Notes: a model not told the origin generated them from the letters alone. DNA of 64,000 nucleotides from a bacterium (GCA_021846685.1 JAJZWL010000005.1:4722-68721), one strand, 5' to 3'. Counted from the stretch's first letter, positions 19,637-30,428 are shown. Made by a program: numbers and translations.

Positions 19637-20443
19637 CTATATCTTCTTTGCAATATAGGTCATATGCTTAACTTTATCACCAACAGTATTGAATAGATTT
19701 TCTTTTAAATGGTGAGTGGTTAATGGATTCATAATAATTTCTATGATATACAAATCTTCTTTAGAGTTTAATTCAATGATAGATTTATCTTTAGAACATT
19801 CAGTGGTTATATCTAATAACTTATTAATATTTTCTCCCAGATGTTTGTCATCATAAGTTATCTCATCACCAAGTTTATCCCATTTTTGTCTATTAATTTA
19901 GATATATAAGAATTTCTTTTGTTAGTTTTTGTGACTATTGTAATCTCTTTTACAGTTTCTCATAATCTTACAGAATATTAGGAATGGTAAGTTTAGATAC
20001 AGGATAATTTCTTTATAATTTGCCATTAGCTTTGAAATCTGAATACATAGGTCCAGGCTTATTTTTTCCTGAAGCATCAAATGGTATGCAAAAATCATGG
20101 TCTCCAAACATAGCATATTTTATATGGTTCAATTGAATTTGATGACCTTCTTTTTGCGAAATTATTATAGTTGAATCTCCTTGAGTGATCTAAGGATTTA
20201 ATTGTTTTTATGCTTCTTTAATGCGATATCTTAATGGTTATGAACCCTTTTCATGTCAAAAAAAGTGTTCCTACTATATTATCTATTGGGAGTGATTCCA
20301 GTTCTTTACATTCTACTAATATTTTCTGATCATCTTTTTTAAATAAAAAATCTGAGTTTTGTTTGCATTTTTTTATATTCATTAAAATTCTTTTCGGCTA
20401 TTTCTGTTGCTAATTCATTGGGAATAAAATTATTTTTTTGCAT
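19637..20443 (-). pseudogene. Degraded PD-(D/E)XK nuclease-fold gene
   Basis: Joined across frameshifts and stops: MQKNNFIPNELATEIAEKNFNEY.. / NSDFLFKKDDQKILVECKEL / PLRYRIKEA*KQL / YAMFGDHDFCIPFD / IEIIMNPLTTHHLKENLF. Retains D...ExK spacing. Confidence 0.55.
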
Positions 20444-20480
20444 TACAGAATTTTATATACTTTGTATTATATCTTTTTTT
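20424..20480. repeat. Direct repeat copy A, about 55 bp (promoter plus first codons)
   Basis: TTATTTTTTTGCATTACAGAATTTTATATACTTTGTATTATATCTTTTTT; near-identical to 21708-21764. Confidence 0.85.
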
Positions 20481-20579
20481 TGGATGCTGTTGCGCTATGA
20501 TAGGTGCAAATTATTTTAATAGAAATTTAATATATCTGGGTTACGGTTAGTTTAAAATTTAGTTAATGTATAACTATAT

Positions 20580-20876
20580 ATGAAACAAATACTTTATAAA
20601 ATGAATGGTCAATTTATTGGTGTTAAATATAATGATAGATTTTATTCTTATGATGGAGTAAATATAGGTGTGTTTAAAGATAATGGTGAATTGTTTAATT
20701 TTGAAGGGGTATACATTGGAGAATTATTAGACAAAACAGATAGATTATTATTTAAGAAATCTCACTCAAATCATAGAGGGCCTCTTGTAGCTAAGTCCAT
20801 TAATCATCTTTCAATGAGTATTGTAAATATTACCAGAAGAACCATACCTATAGGATGTAAAGATGTACATTTTTGA
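20580..20876 (+). CDS. Small beta-repeat protein (4-fold beta-flower-like)
   Basis: Repeating (Y/F)xxxGxxIG units: LYKMNGQFIG, FYSYDGVNIG, LFNFEGVYIG. Confidence 0.7.
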   Translation: MKQILYKMNGQFIGVKYNDRFYSYDGVNIGVFKDNGELFNFEGVYIGELLDKTDRLLFKKSHSNHRGPLVAKSINHLSMSIVNITRRTIPIGCKDVHF

Positions 20877-20935
20877 TAATTATAATTATTTTGAAATAAA
20901 AAATAGGGAATGACTGACTAAAGGAGGTGATCAAT

Positions 20936-21070
20936 ATGCAATGTCCAAAATGTAATAATGGAGAATTATCTAGAAAAGCAGGTTATGATGTATATCAATG
21001 TACTAATTGTGAAGAAGAAACAACTGGGGAAGAGATTAGAAACCTACAAAGAGAATTGATAGATGACTGA
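20936..21070 (+). CDS. Small zinc-ribbon protein, 44 aa
   Basis: Not in the ORF track. Perfect SD AAGGAGGTGA. MQCPKCNNGELSRKAGYDVYQCTNCEEETTGEEIRNLQRELIDD contains two CxxC motifs. Confidence 0.75.
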   Translation: MQCPKCNNGELSRKAGYDVYQCTNCEEETTGEEIRNLQRELIDD

Positions 21071-21130
21071 ATATAGGTAATTTTAAAACTGATACTATAT
21101 ATTCATTTATAGGTTCTGAGCTTAAAACTT

Positions 21131-21463
21131 CTACCATGAGGCTGCCAATGGAAGGAATATTGTGGTTATAGAGCTTTTAATTCGATATCCAATAGAAATG
21201 ATGAGATCTAAATTACAGTATAATTTTTTTTCATTACTGTCAGTTGTCAAGGATTCCTTTACAGCTGAATTTGGATTGAGTTCTCCATAATTAAAAACAT
21301 GTTTAATGTGTAGACTGATACTTTGTTTTGTTGTTTGGAAAAGCTCTGTCAAAGTATTCTGTGTTAACCATACAGTCTCATTTTCAACACAAACATTTAT
21401 TTTAATTTTATCATTTTCTGTTTTGTAGATAATGATTTGTGATTGAGATTGTAATTTTTTTAT
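21131..21463 (-). pseudogene. Truncated RhuM-family (virulence/DNA-binding) gene
   Basis: IIIYKTEND-ENETVWLTQ-ELFQTTKQSISLHIKHVF-GEL-YCNLDLIISIGYRIKS is the RhuM N-terminus. The start appears mutated (ATGA to ATAA overlap with the KTSC stop) and the C-terminal two-thirds is missing. Confidence 0.8.
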
Positions 21464-21672
21464 GATATTTTTCTATAACTATAATGATCCTTTATATATT
21501 TTTGAAAAAAGCTTCCATATGAAGAAGTTATCATAAATTCTTCATAAAGATTCTGTGGAAGATTGTTGTATTTGTAAATATCTCCAGATAAAAATTTAAT
21601 CTCAAGGGTACACGATGTTATATCATATCCAATAGAATTAATTATTGTTGAATTTACATGTTGCCTAATCAT
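21460..21672 (-). CDS. KTSC domain protein
   Basis: VNSTIINSIGYD-TLEIKF-G-IYKY-LP-LYEEF-SSYGSFF-YIK signature. Confidence 0.88.
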   Translation of the reverse strand: MIRQHVNSTIINSIGYDITSCTLEIKFLSGDIYKYNNLPQNLYEEFMITSSYGSFFQKYIKDHYSYRKIS

Positions 21673-21707
21673 TTTGATTTTGATCTAGTAATTATCCTCA
21701 TTTGAAA

Positions 21708-21764
21708 TAAAAATTTATTTTTTTGCATTGCAGAATTTTATATATTTTGTATTATATCTTTTTT
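21708..21764. repeat. Direct repeat copy B, about 55 bp
   Basis: TTATTTTTTTGCATTGCAGAATTTTATATATTTTGTATTATATCTTTTTT; two substitutions relative to copy A in the core. Confidence 0.85.
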
Positions 21765-21816
21765 AGAGGTTCTTGCACTTATATATTACTCATTACATTA
21801 TCTATAGGAGCCAGTT

Positions 21817-22047
21817 TTATAGGTTTATTCTAAAAACTTTTTTATCTTTTAAATTTTCATTTATGTACGTACCTAATCCGAAACCTTGTTTTGCTAAAGA
21901 TTTCATTTTTTCAAAGTGTTCTATTCCTACATTAATAGAATCATATTTATATATCCCAGTTTTTTTAAATTGAATCAATATATAATCTGGATGGATATCA
22001 TATTCTAAGACACCAGAATCTCCATTTAAATTTGCATAGGTAATCAT
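21817..22047 (-). CDS. KTSC-like small protein
   Basis: YANLNGDSGVLEYDI-DYILIQF-IYKY-VG-HFEKMKSLA-G-GLGTYIN. Start moved to MITYAN. Confidence 0.7.
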   Translation of the reverse strand: MITYANLNGDSGVLEYDIHPDYILIQFKKTGIYKYDSINVGIEHFEKMKSLAKQGFGLGTYINENLKDKKVFRINL

Positions 22048-22219
22048 AATATTTACATTATTTAAGATCATATTGTATATCATATATATTAATTTTCCTA
22101 ATTTATCATTAATGTTATTTATAAGAATAAAGTTTATAGAACTCAGATGGTAGTTTGTCTGCAGGTGTAATATAATCATGGTATAGATACAGGATATATT
22201 TTAAAAAATTAATAAAGCA

Positions 22220-22969
22220 ATGTTTAATTTCCCATCAAGATTTTTTAAAAAATTAGATATATATCAACAGATACGTAATCATGAAGGTGTAAATAAGCAT
22301 AAGCATCTATGGCTATATGAGGCAGCATTCCTGCAAACTTCATATGGAGAAAATCATGGTCATATTAGTGGATTTTTAAACTTCAATACTTTTAAAGAAT
22401 GGATACTATATTCTTATTCAGGAAAAGATAATATCCCCAATGATGGAGAATTTTCACATATAGCAGGAAATCTTTTTGTAAAAGGATATATAGAGTCAAA
22501 ATCAATAGTAAGTATTAAGAAAAAAGATGTTTTTAAAACCAGTGAAAATATTGGTACAGTACATAATATAATTTCAGAAAAATCTTATCCTAGTACAAAT
22601 ATTAAAATTTTAAGTCACATTAAAGGAGATATTATTCCTACTGATAAGATTGAAGAAAGTAAATATGAATTCAGAGTAACCTTAGAAGGTTTAATTGTTG
22701 GCGAAGTTGTAGATGAAATAAATAATCACAACCTATTGATTAGATATTATAATAGATATAAATATTCTATGATCTTAGCTAGTATTTGGTTAGTGATTTT
22801 TTTTGGATTTATGAAGTTATTATTGCCAGTAGATCTTTATTATATAATAAATTTTAAAGTTTTATTTATAAAGAAAATATTTATTATTCCAATAATAATA
22901 TTTATTTTGTGGCCGCTATTTCTTTTCATATTAAAAACCATACGTTTATATTTAGAAAACAATTATTGA
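22220..22969 (+). CDS. Hypothetical protein with two C-terminal TM helices
   Basis: 249-aa ORF; no recognised motif. Confidence 0.6.
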   Translation: MFNFPSRFFKKLDIYQQIRNHEGVNKHKHLWLYEAAFLQTSYGENHGHISGFLNFNTFKEWILYSYSGKDNIPNDGEFSHIAGNLFVKGYIESKSIVSIKKKDVFKTSENIGTVHNIISEKSYPSTNIKILSHIKGDIIPTDKIEESKYEFRVTLEGLIVGEVVDEINNHNLLIRYYNRYKYSMILASIWLVIFFGFMKLLLPVDLYYIINFKVLFIKKIFIIPIIIFILWPLFLFILKTIRLYLENNY

Positions 22970-24072
22970 TATAATTTTATATATTTCTTTTCAATAAATT
23001 GAAGGTTATACTTTTTACTCAATATTAAAGCACCTTTAGATATCTTATTGTAGAGGCTATCATCTTTAATTAATAATTCAATATTTTTAGCTATCAAATT
23101 AGGATTCTTGTATGCTATCAATATACAATTTTTATTATTTTCAAATATAGAAGTAGGAGTGTATTTACTTTTTGTTGTTATAACTGGTTTTCCATAAGAT
23201 ATAGCTTCAAGAAATGTTCCATTCCTTTCTGATACTCCATAATTGAAAGGGAGTATCACTGCAAAAGAAGTTGCTATTTTTTTTGCAATGTCCTTCCCGT
23301 TCTTTGGGTTATTTAATATTATATTACCCTCTAAATCTAAATTTTTAATTTTATCTATTATTTTTTTATGATAATTATTTGTTTCTGGATAAAGGTTTGT
23401 TAAAATATCTAGTTTAATTTCGATACGCCTATCTTTCAGTATCTTTATTGCATCTATTAAGTATTCTATTCCCTTTTTAGAATCAATAGTTCCTATATAG
23501 CAAAAATTGGCACCTTTGTTGATAGGGATTTTATAATAATTATTGGGGAATATATTTATAATACTAATCTTTTTATTAAATATTTCAAATTTCTTTAAAT
23601 ATTTAAAATCATTGGTATTTGTAACAATAATCTTATCAAAAAATGGAAGTACAGTTAAGTTTCTTATTCTAGCAATAGGATGTGCTTGAGAGAGTTCATG
23701 CTCTGTTATTATTTTTTGTATTTTCGGAAAATTCTTTTTTAATTTTAATCCTAATATAAAAGTATCAAATCTAAATTGATAGGCTAGAGTAGGATGTTGA
23801 AAATGAATTATATCTGGATTAATTTTCTTTATAATACCTATTACTTGATTAAAGGTTTTTATATTCCAATCTCTACTTACTCTATGTATTTTTACATTAT
23901 CTATATCCTGAAGATTCTCTATTTCTGATGTAATAACGTGTATATCTAATTTATTATTTTTATTTAATTTCTCTAGTAATCTATATGAATACATTCCTAC
24001 TCCACATATAGTAGGTGGAAGTGTTCCCGATATAAATACTATTTTTTTAGATTTTTTTTGTAATTCCATCAA
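22963..24072 (-). CDS. GT4 glycosyltransferase
   Basis: PPTICGVGMYS, TEHE, GTIDSKKG and FLEAISYGKPVITT motifs. Confidence 0.9.
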   Translation of the reverse strand: MMELQKKSKKIVFISGTLPPTICGVGMYSYRLLEKLNKNNKLDIHVITSEIENLQDIDNVKIHRVSRDWNIKTFNQVIGIIKKINPDIIHFQHPTLAYQFRFDTFILGLKLKKNFPKIQKIITEHELSQAHPIARIRNLTVLPFFDKIIVTNTNDFKYLKKFEIFNKKISIINIFPNNYYKIPINKGANFCYIGTIDSKKGIEYLIDAIKILKDRRIEIKLDILTNLYPETNNYHKKIIDKIKNLDLEGNIILNNPKNGKDIAKKIATSFAVILPFNYGVSERNGTFLEAISYGKPVITTKSKYTPTSIFENNKNCILIAYKNPNLIAKNIELLIKDDSLYNKISKGALILSKKYNLQFIEKKYIKLYQ

Positions 24073-24955
24073 AGAATCCTTTATATATAGCCGGTATTAA
24101 TTTTAAATCTTTCCCATTAATTATAGCAATTCCTAACCAAATAAACTGCTTTATTATTAAAAAATATAAAATTTGTGATAATAAATATCTTCTTTTTAAG
24201 TTTAGTCTTGTTGCCCAAAAAGAATTTCTAATCTGGAGGTAAAATGAGAAAGGGGAGTACTTTCTTGATGTTACACTTACCTTGTGCCATATAACAGATT
24301 TTGGTTCATATATAAGTTCTCCATGAATTTCCTTTAATCTTAATGAAAGATCTACATCTTCAGAATATGCAAAAAAACTATTATTAAACCCTTTTAGTTT
24401 TTCTATTGTATGTCTGGGTATAAATAAAGCACATCCTGTAAGATAATCATTATCAATATTTGTATCTTTTAAATATTGGGGACTATATATGTTTTTATGT
24501 TTTGTAGTACCAGTCCATTTGTTATAATATCCTCCCCCAAACCATATAATATCTTTCTTTCCTTTATAATTATAAAACAGTATTTGAGGTGCAATAATAA
24601 AATCTTTATTTTTATATTTTTCTGCTGTATTAAGCAGTGGTTTTATAAAAGTTTTATCTACTTCAGTATCATTATTGATTATAAGGAGATATTTATATTT
24701 CTTGTGATTAAGAAAATATTCGATTCCTTTATTAAACCCTCCAGTGAACCCATAGTTTTTATCTAACTCTATTTGCTTTGTGTTACTATATAAATTAATA
24801 TCTTTGTTGTGTAGTTTTTCTTTTTGATTTGATCCATTGTCTATTAAAAGAATATCAAAATCATCTGTACATTTATTCAAACTTTTTAATAGTTCTAATG
24901 TTACTTGTTTTTGGTTATAATTGACCGTAGTTATAAGTATTGTAGTAAAACCCAT
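24047..24955 (-). CDS. GT2 glycosyltransferase (rhamnosyltransferase-like)
   Basis: VNYN, IDNGS, NYGFTGGFN, INNDT, TGCALF and YSEDVDLSLR motifs. Confidence 0.9.
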   Translation of the reverse strand: MGFTTILITTVNYNQKQVTLELLKSLNKCTDDFDILLIDNGSNQKEKLHNKDINLYSNTKQIELDKNYGFTGGFNKGIEYFLNHKKYKYLLIINNDTEVDKTFIKPLLNTAEKYKNKDFIIAPQILFYNYKGKKDIIWFGGGYYNKWTGTTKHKNIYSPQYLKDTNIDNDYLTGCALFIPRHTIEKLKGFNNSFFAYSEDVDLSLRLKEIHGELIYEPKSVIWHKVSVTSRKYSPFSFYLQIRNSFWATRLNLKRRYLLSQILYFLIIKQFIWLGIAIINGKDLKLIPAIYKGFFDGITKKI

Positions 24956-25002
24956 GAACTTTATTATAGCATTTTATTATGAATTTTTTAGGTAGAAGTA
25001 TA

Positions 25003-25845
25003 ATGGATGATAGTATTGAATTAACAGTAATTATATTAAATTATAAAAATCCAGAATTAACATTAAAGTGTGTTGATTTATTAATGAGTGCATTAGATAA
25101 AGCTACAATTATAAGTGAAATTATAATTGTAGATAATTCTTCTGCAGAGAGTGAAAGTTTTTTTGAAAAACATTTATCTTTTGGTGCAGACAATATAGTT
25201 TTAATAAAAAATAAAAAGAATTTAGGCTTTGCGAAAGCCAATAATCAAGGGATGAAAATTGCAAGAGGGAAGTATATCCTACTTTTAAACAATGATGTTT
25301 TTATCAAAGATAGCAATGTTATCTCTAAGGGATTAAATTATTTAAAAAGCCATTCCAATGTTGGGATATGGAGCCCAGCTTTGGTTAACAAGGATGGTAT
25401 TATTCAAAAAACAACAGGAAAAATCCCTTCTCTTTTAGGATTAATAAATGAGTACTATTTTTTTAATATATTTGAGAAATATAAGAGATTCTTTAAAATA
25501 TCTAAAGTAGATACTATTATCGGGGCTTTTTGGCTAATCCCTTCAAGTATAATAAAAAAAGTAGGATTGTTAGATGAAGATTATTTCTTTACGTCAGAAG
25601 ACACAGATTACTGTAATAGAATTCATAAAGAGGGACTATCTATTATATATGATTCCTCAGTAAATGTTGTTCACTTAGGTGGGGCATCTCAAAATTGGAA
25701 ATGGTTAAATGATCCATATTTGCATATAGGTAGAGAATTATATTTTAAAAAAAACAAGAACGGGGTAACTTTTATTTTAGCTAGATATATAATTAGATCA
25801 GGTTTATATTACAGAAGATTAATTAGTCATATTAGACATAATTAG
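25003..25845 (+). CDS. GT2 glycosyltransferase (WbbL-like)
   Basis: VIILNYK, VDNSS, NLGFAKANNQG, LLNND, GAFW, EDTDYC and HLGGAS motifs. Start is 24979 or 25003. Confidence 0.9.
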   Translation: MDDSIELTVIILNYKNPELTLKCVDLLMSALDKATIISEIIIVDNSSAESESFFEKHLSFGADNIVLIKNKKNLGFAKANNQGMKIARGKYILLLNNDVFIKDSNVISKGLNYLKSHSNVGIWSPALVNKDGIIQKTTGKIPSLLGLINEYYFFNIFEKYKRFFKISKVDTIIGAFWLIPSSIIKKVGLLDEDYFFTSEDTDYCNRIHKEGLSIIYDSSVNVVHLGGASQNWKWLNDPYLHIGRELYFKKNKNGVTFILARYIIRSGLYYRRLISHIRHN

Positions 25846-25871
25846 TGTGAAATATATAGAGATAGCATGAT

Positions 25872-26723
25872 TTATAAGTCATATTTATCAATTATGTCGT
25901 TAGCAATATTATGATATTTTCTTACTACATCTGATTTATTGCCAACTTCTTCTAACTCTTTGAGTTTTATATATGTAGCAATTCTATAAAATCCCATCAT
26001 CAAAGATAAATAAAACCCTCTCCATCCGTCCTTGTATCCTTTTCTCCTTATAAATCTATTACCAAATTCTAGTGTGAAAAATTTAATAGCTTTAAATATT
26101 GAAGATTTCTCATTTTTTTCAAATTTCTGATTAGCTTCTATTGTAGTATATCTATTTAGTTTTTCTAAAAAATGATTGGTATTTATATAATTAAAATGTA
26201 CTATATAGTTATTTTTTTTATATGGAATTTTATATATTTTTGCATCTTTATTAACCGATATAATGTTATGTATTAATTTTGTAGTTTTTAACATTCCCTT
26301 TTTAAAAAATCTCTCATGATAATCTAATCCAGTGTTCCAGCCTGAGTAATGTATCTCTTCACCTAGAAGGTAATTTAAATATGGTATATCTATAATGTCA
26401 TACTCATCTTTTTTTGAAATTTTAATTAATTCTCTGCTCAATTCAATAGGTATTATTTCATCTGCATCAAGCATGATGATCCATTTTTTAGTAGCTTTTG
26501 ATAGTGCAAATTTTCTCGCTGGATCTGCAAAACCCAAATTTCTGTATAAATAAACTGTTGCTCCATATCTTTTTGCGATCTCTACTGTTTTATCTGTGCT
26601 ATGCATGTCTACTATTATAATCTCATCAACCCATTTATATACTGATCTTAAAGCATATTCTATGTTGTTTTCTTCATTATATGTATTGATTACACAAGAT
26701 ATATTGTTATTCTTCTTTATCAT
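25872..26723 (-). CDS. GT2 glycosyltransferase (WaaE/KdtX-like beta-glucosyltransferase family)
   Basis: INTYNEE, VDMHSTDKT, LDADE, KLNRYT and GYKDGWRG motifs. Confidence 0.9.
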   Translation of the reverse strand: MIKKNNNISCVINTYNEENNIEYALRSVYKWVDEIIIVDMHSTDKTVEIAKRYGATVYLYRNLGFADPARKFALSKATKKWIIMLDADEIIPIELSRELIKISKKDEYDIIDIPYLNYLLGEEIHYSGWNTGLDYHERFFKKGMLKTTKLIHNIISVNKDAKIYKIPYKKNNYIVHFNYINTNHFLEKLNRYTTIEANQKFEKNEKSSIFKAIKFFTLEFGNRFIRRKGYKDGWRGFYLSLMMGFYRIATYIKLKELEEVGNKSDVVRKYHNIANDIIDKYDL

Positions 26724-27622
26724 AATTTTTTGTTAATATTGATTTTATTTAAGAGAATTTTATAATATTCTTTTATAATTCTTACCCGAGATACTTCATT
26801 AAGGTTCCCTTGTATTCTATATTTGGGGTCTTTAATCTTTAATAGTTCAAGAATTATTCTTAATATAATATGATATAATCGTTTTAATTTTATTATAATG
26901 TTATTTTTTTTATAAAAACTACCTTCATTGGGTTGGGAATAGGATGATTTTTTGTGATATGCAAAAAGCTTATTGGTGCATCTCATGTATGAGCCCACTC
27001 TTTCTTCAAATATTGCGGATATATGTGATAAAGGCCCTGTAGCAGATGATGCCATACATTTATATCTATAAATATCATAGTTAAAATCTTTTTTTCTTAT
27101 AAAAAAAATAGGATCACCAAAACCATAACAAAAATAAAACTTTTCATTCTCTTTTATAGAATCTTTTTTAGGGAAAAATTTCCATGATCTAGGTGCAGTA
27201 ACCATAACAGAACTATCTTTATTGAGAAGATCTATTGAGTCTTTGATCCAGTCTCCCTCTTTCAGTATTATATTATCTGGATCGAAATGACATAAAAATT
27301 TTGTTTTTGTTACAAATAGGGCAACATATAAGTGGTTTGAATAGTATGGTAATTTACCAAGTACGTCATAGTTTATTTTAAATTTTTTCAGAGCTTTATC
27401 TATATAATCTTCTACAAAATAAAAATTTGTAATAATACCTTTATCTTTTAACTCTAATACTTTTTTTCCTACTTTATCTCTATCATTAACATTATTTATT
27501 ATTATGTGTATTTGATCAAACTTATAATTAAATTTATTTTCAATATTCTCAAAAAAATCTTTCTGAAAAATATTTCTGTATGTTCTTTCAAATATATTAA
27601 CACTTAATGTGACTTTATTCAT
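26720..27622 (-). CDS. Hypothetical protein, possible GT-A fold glycosyltransferase
   Basis: HFDPD is a DxD-like motif after a beta strand; coupled to the downstream GT2 gene. Confidence 0.55.
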   Translation of the reverse strand: MNKVTLSVNIFERTYRNIFQKDFFENIENKFNYKFDQIHIIINNVNDRDKVGKKVLELKDKGIITNFYFVEDYIDKALKKFKINYDVLGKLPYYSNHLYVALFVTKTKFLCHFDPDNIILKEGDWIKDSIDLLNKDSSVMVTAPRSWKFFPKKDSIKENEKFYFCYGFGDPIFFIRKKDFNYDIYRYKCMASSATGPLSHISAIFEERVGSYMRCTNKLFAYHKKSSYSQPNEGSFYKKNNIIIKLKRLYHIILRIILELLKIKDPKYRIQGNLNEVSRVRIIKEYYKILLNKININKKL

Positions 27623-27859
27623 ATTTTATCTAATGCTCCCATTTGATTTATAGTATTATATAATTGTTTGTAACAATTTGCCATTCTAGGATTTGTTGGA
27701 TCTAGTTCCCCTACACTTTTTGCAGCTTTTGCAAGTTTTATAAGGATATGAGCTCAGGGATAGTTTTAACTTGAAGTCCTCTGAAATTTGTGACAACACA
27801 ACCAATAGCACCTGGTAATCTTGATACATTAACTGATTAATATTAATTTAAATAAGAAG

Positions 27860-28241
27860 AAAGATTCAAACTAAAAGAAAAATTTTTTAACTTAGGTGGA
27901 GTATGCTCTCTATATAATATACAGTCACTTAAAGATATAGAGTACAAAAAGGAATATTTAGACGAAGTTTTAGATTATTATATAAAGGTTATTTTCCTGT
28001 TATTGAAATGGAATCTTTGATTTATCATAAAAGAAGTGCTACCACTGGATTTAAAAGTGATTTTTCTAGATATTATTATATAAGGAACAGCTTATTAACT
28101 ATTTATAAAAATTATACACTCTTTCTATTGATAAAATACTTGTCGTTCATCATAATTATGCAGATTGCTATGTCATTGATAGAAAGTGTACAACAATGTA
28201 GACTTTCTGTATGGATCAATTATTATTACAAAAAAGGATAA
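27860..28241 (+). pseudogene. GT2 glycosyltransferase C-terminal remnant
   Basis: GGVCSLYNIQSLKDIEYKKEYLDEV, then after a frameshift IYHKRSATTGFKSDFSRYYYIRN; the N-terminus is absent. Confidence 0.65.
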
Positions 28242-28323
28242 TTTTTGATGTAAATTCTCTTGGGTATTATCTTGCTACATTAATAGTGTTTTTTGCAATC
28301 TCGTACTATAATATAGAATATAT

Positions 28324-29181
28324 ATGAATATAGGATTTTTCTATTTTACTAAATTTAAAAATTGGTACTTATATATTGGAAGTATAATCCTTTTTGCCTT
28401 TGTCTCTACAAGTATATGTTTTGAATATGCTACATATATATTTAATAGATACAATAATTCCGCACATAACATACCATCTCTTGTAATAAGCATAATCTTA
28501 CTTATATTTATAATAATCATATTGATGTTTATTACTGCTTATTACGCTATTGTTTTATTCATAAGGTCTTCTTATCTTGCTGTTAATAATAGATATAATG
28601 ATTTGAAATTTTTAGATAAAAATATGGTTGTTACTTTTTTCTTTTATCTTTTTGTATCACTAATATGCACTGTAGGAGTATATATAATATTAAGTGGATT
28701 CTCTATAATTTTTGATCCAATAGGATTAAGAATTCTAAGTGGATTTTTAAATTTCATTATAATTCTAGCATTTAGCTTGTTTATATCTTTTTATATATAT
28801 TTTACTAGCTTTATGTTCCAAGAGAAAATGGAAATGGAGGTATTTATTAAAGAATTATATGTATTTAAAAATAAGAATTTTTATATATATTCTATATTTT
28901 CATTTTTACTTATTATGGGTATAAATATGGTTATCTCTATTGTTATATTTTTTATCTATTTATTAATATTTTTGATCTCAATACATTCTAGTGTAAATGT
29001 ATATAATGTAGTCTCTGTTATATTCAGTCTTCCTAGTTTTCTTGTTATGTCTTTACTAGTAAGTCTTATGAGTATTACAGAACCATATATTTATACTTAT
29101 TTCGTATCGAAATTTTATTTGTCTTTATCTAATGAAACTGAGAAAAATATACCTATTATAAATCAAAATGGAGAACAATAA
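28324..29181 (+). CDS. Polytopic membrane protein, about 6 TMs
   Basis: 285 aa, strongly hydrophobic. Confidence 0.65.
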   Translation: MNIGFFYFTKFKNWYLYIGSIILFAFVSTSICFEYATYIFNRYNNSAHNIPSLVISIILLIFIIIILMFITAYYAIVLFIRSSYLAVNNRYNDLKFLDKNMVVTFFFYLFVSLICTVGVYIILSGFSIIFDPIGLRILSGFLNFIIILAFSLFISFYIYFTSFMFQEKMEMEVFIKELYVFKNKNFYIYSIFSFLLIMGINMVISIVIFFIYLLIFLISIHSSVNVYNVVSVIFSLPSFLVMSLLVSLMSITEPYIYTYFVSKFYLSLSNETEKNIPIINQNGEQ

Positions 29182-29407
29182 AGAGAACAACAATTCAAAC
29201 TCTATAGTATATGTATTTTTGATACTTTTATTCATATTTATTGTGGTCCTTTCAATAAATATATTTTCTGTCAAAATAAACTCTCAAAATATTAAAAAAG
29301 ATATAAATTATATTCGAACAAATATAAAGAAAAACCTGAATAAAAAAAAGAATACATATTTTTATAATAAATCGGTATTTAGAAATAAAACTTATATTCA
29401 AAATTAA
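29168..29407 (+). CDS. Small single-TM protein
   Basis: 79 aa; overlaps the upstream stop; one TM and a basic tail. Confidence 0.45.
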   Translation: MENNKENNNSNSIVYVFLILLFIFIVVLSINIFSVKINSQNIKKDINYIRTNIKKNLNKKKNTYFYNKSVFRNKTYIQN

Positions 29408-29489
29408 TTATATTTATTTTTTATTAACCAATTTTACTTTACTGTATGATTGAAGAGAGAATCATCTATATGCCTTTTCCCTATATTAT

Positions 29490-30425
29490 TTATTCTGTAC
29501 CTTTAGATAATTCTATTTGAGTTTTTATCCATTTAGAATTTGAATGATTTTTTATATTTTGTCTATAACTTTTAATTATTAAGTTTATTTCATCTAATGA
29601 ATTTAATAAAGTATCACCTTCAATTTTGGATTTTAATAAAGATTTATATCGTTTTAAAACTTTAAGATTTTCTTTGAATAATAATAATTTATTTTTATAG
29701 TCTTCTGGATCCATTTCTTTTTTATATTCTCCTGTATAAAATCCAAAGCATATAATGGTTTGTGCTCCCATTTTAATGATATCTTCTAATTTATCTTCTT
29801 CTGTATTATTATTTTTACTTACTATATAGTCCACAATACTAAATCCTGAATCTCTATTATATAGAATATTTGAAGGTTTATAGTCTACTGTAATATTTTT
29901 TTGATATGTCAATATAAGTAGATCTATAAAATCTTCTATTTGGCTGTCTGTTATATCCCTTATCTCTCTTAGATTCATTTTCCCAGAGTCTTTTCCATTA
30001 ATTAATTCACTAATAGTAATTCCTTCTGTGCAAGAGGCTGCAATTATTTGTTCTAAATGGGAAATACCTTTCCCACTCATTAAACTTGTAATATATGTAT
30101 TAATTATATCAGGAGAAGTAAATTTCCCAGTAGGGATTCTAACAGCAAACTGTCTTTCATCTAATTCTATTGCAAAGACTTCACAGGTTGATCCACTTCC
30201 TAAAAAATTAGGATGTTCTTTATGAGAATCACTCTTTTTTAATTCTTCTTGAAGTTTTTTTATTGCAGGAGTAAAAGCTGTATAATGTGCTAATAATTCT
30301 GCAAGTTCTTCCTTATCTATATCTATGTCAGTATCATCAATGTATTCAAGCAGATGTGTATTGCAGGGAGAACTAATTATTGTTTCAAATTCTAGAGATT
30401 CTGATACGGTTTCTATTCCTATCAT
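29490..30425 (-). CDS. Atypical protein-kinase-like protein
   Basis: Gly loop FLGSGSTCEVF, FAVR in place of VAxK, catalytic loop DYKPSNILY, IVDY in place of DFG. Confidence 0.7.
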   Translation of the reverse strand: MIGIETVSESLEFETIISSPCNTHLLEYIDDTDIDIDKEELAELLAHYTAFTPAIKKLQEELKKSDSHKEHPNFLGSGSTCEVFAIELDERQFAVRIPTGKFTSPDIINTYITSLMSGKGISHLEQIIAASCTEGITISELINGKDSGKMNLREIRDITDSQIEDFIDLLILTYQKNITVDYKPSNILYNRDSGFSIVDYIVSKNNNTEEDKLEDIIKMGAQTIICFGFYTGEYKKEMDPEDYKNKLLLFKENLKVLKRYKSLLKSKIEGDTLLNSLDEINLIIKSYRQNIKNHSNSKWIKTQIELSKGTE

Positions 30426-30428
30426 AAT

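Noticed and set aside
19922-20116. 64-aa ORF in the track
   Set aside because: It is an off-frame reading inside the decayed nuclease-like pseudogene.
20330-20443. Possible RhuM C-terminus (ELATEIAEKNFNEYKK), which would imply a split rhuM gene
   Set aside because: The segment has its own promoter and ATG and continues into DF...VECK nuclease-like sequence, so it fits better as the start of a separate pseudogene.
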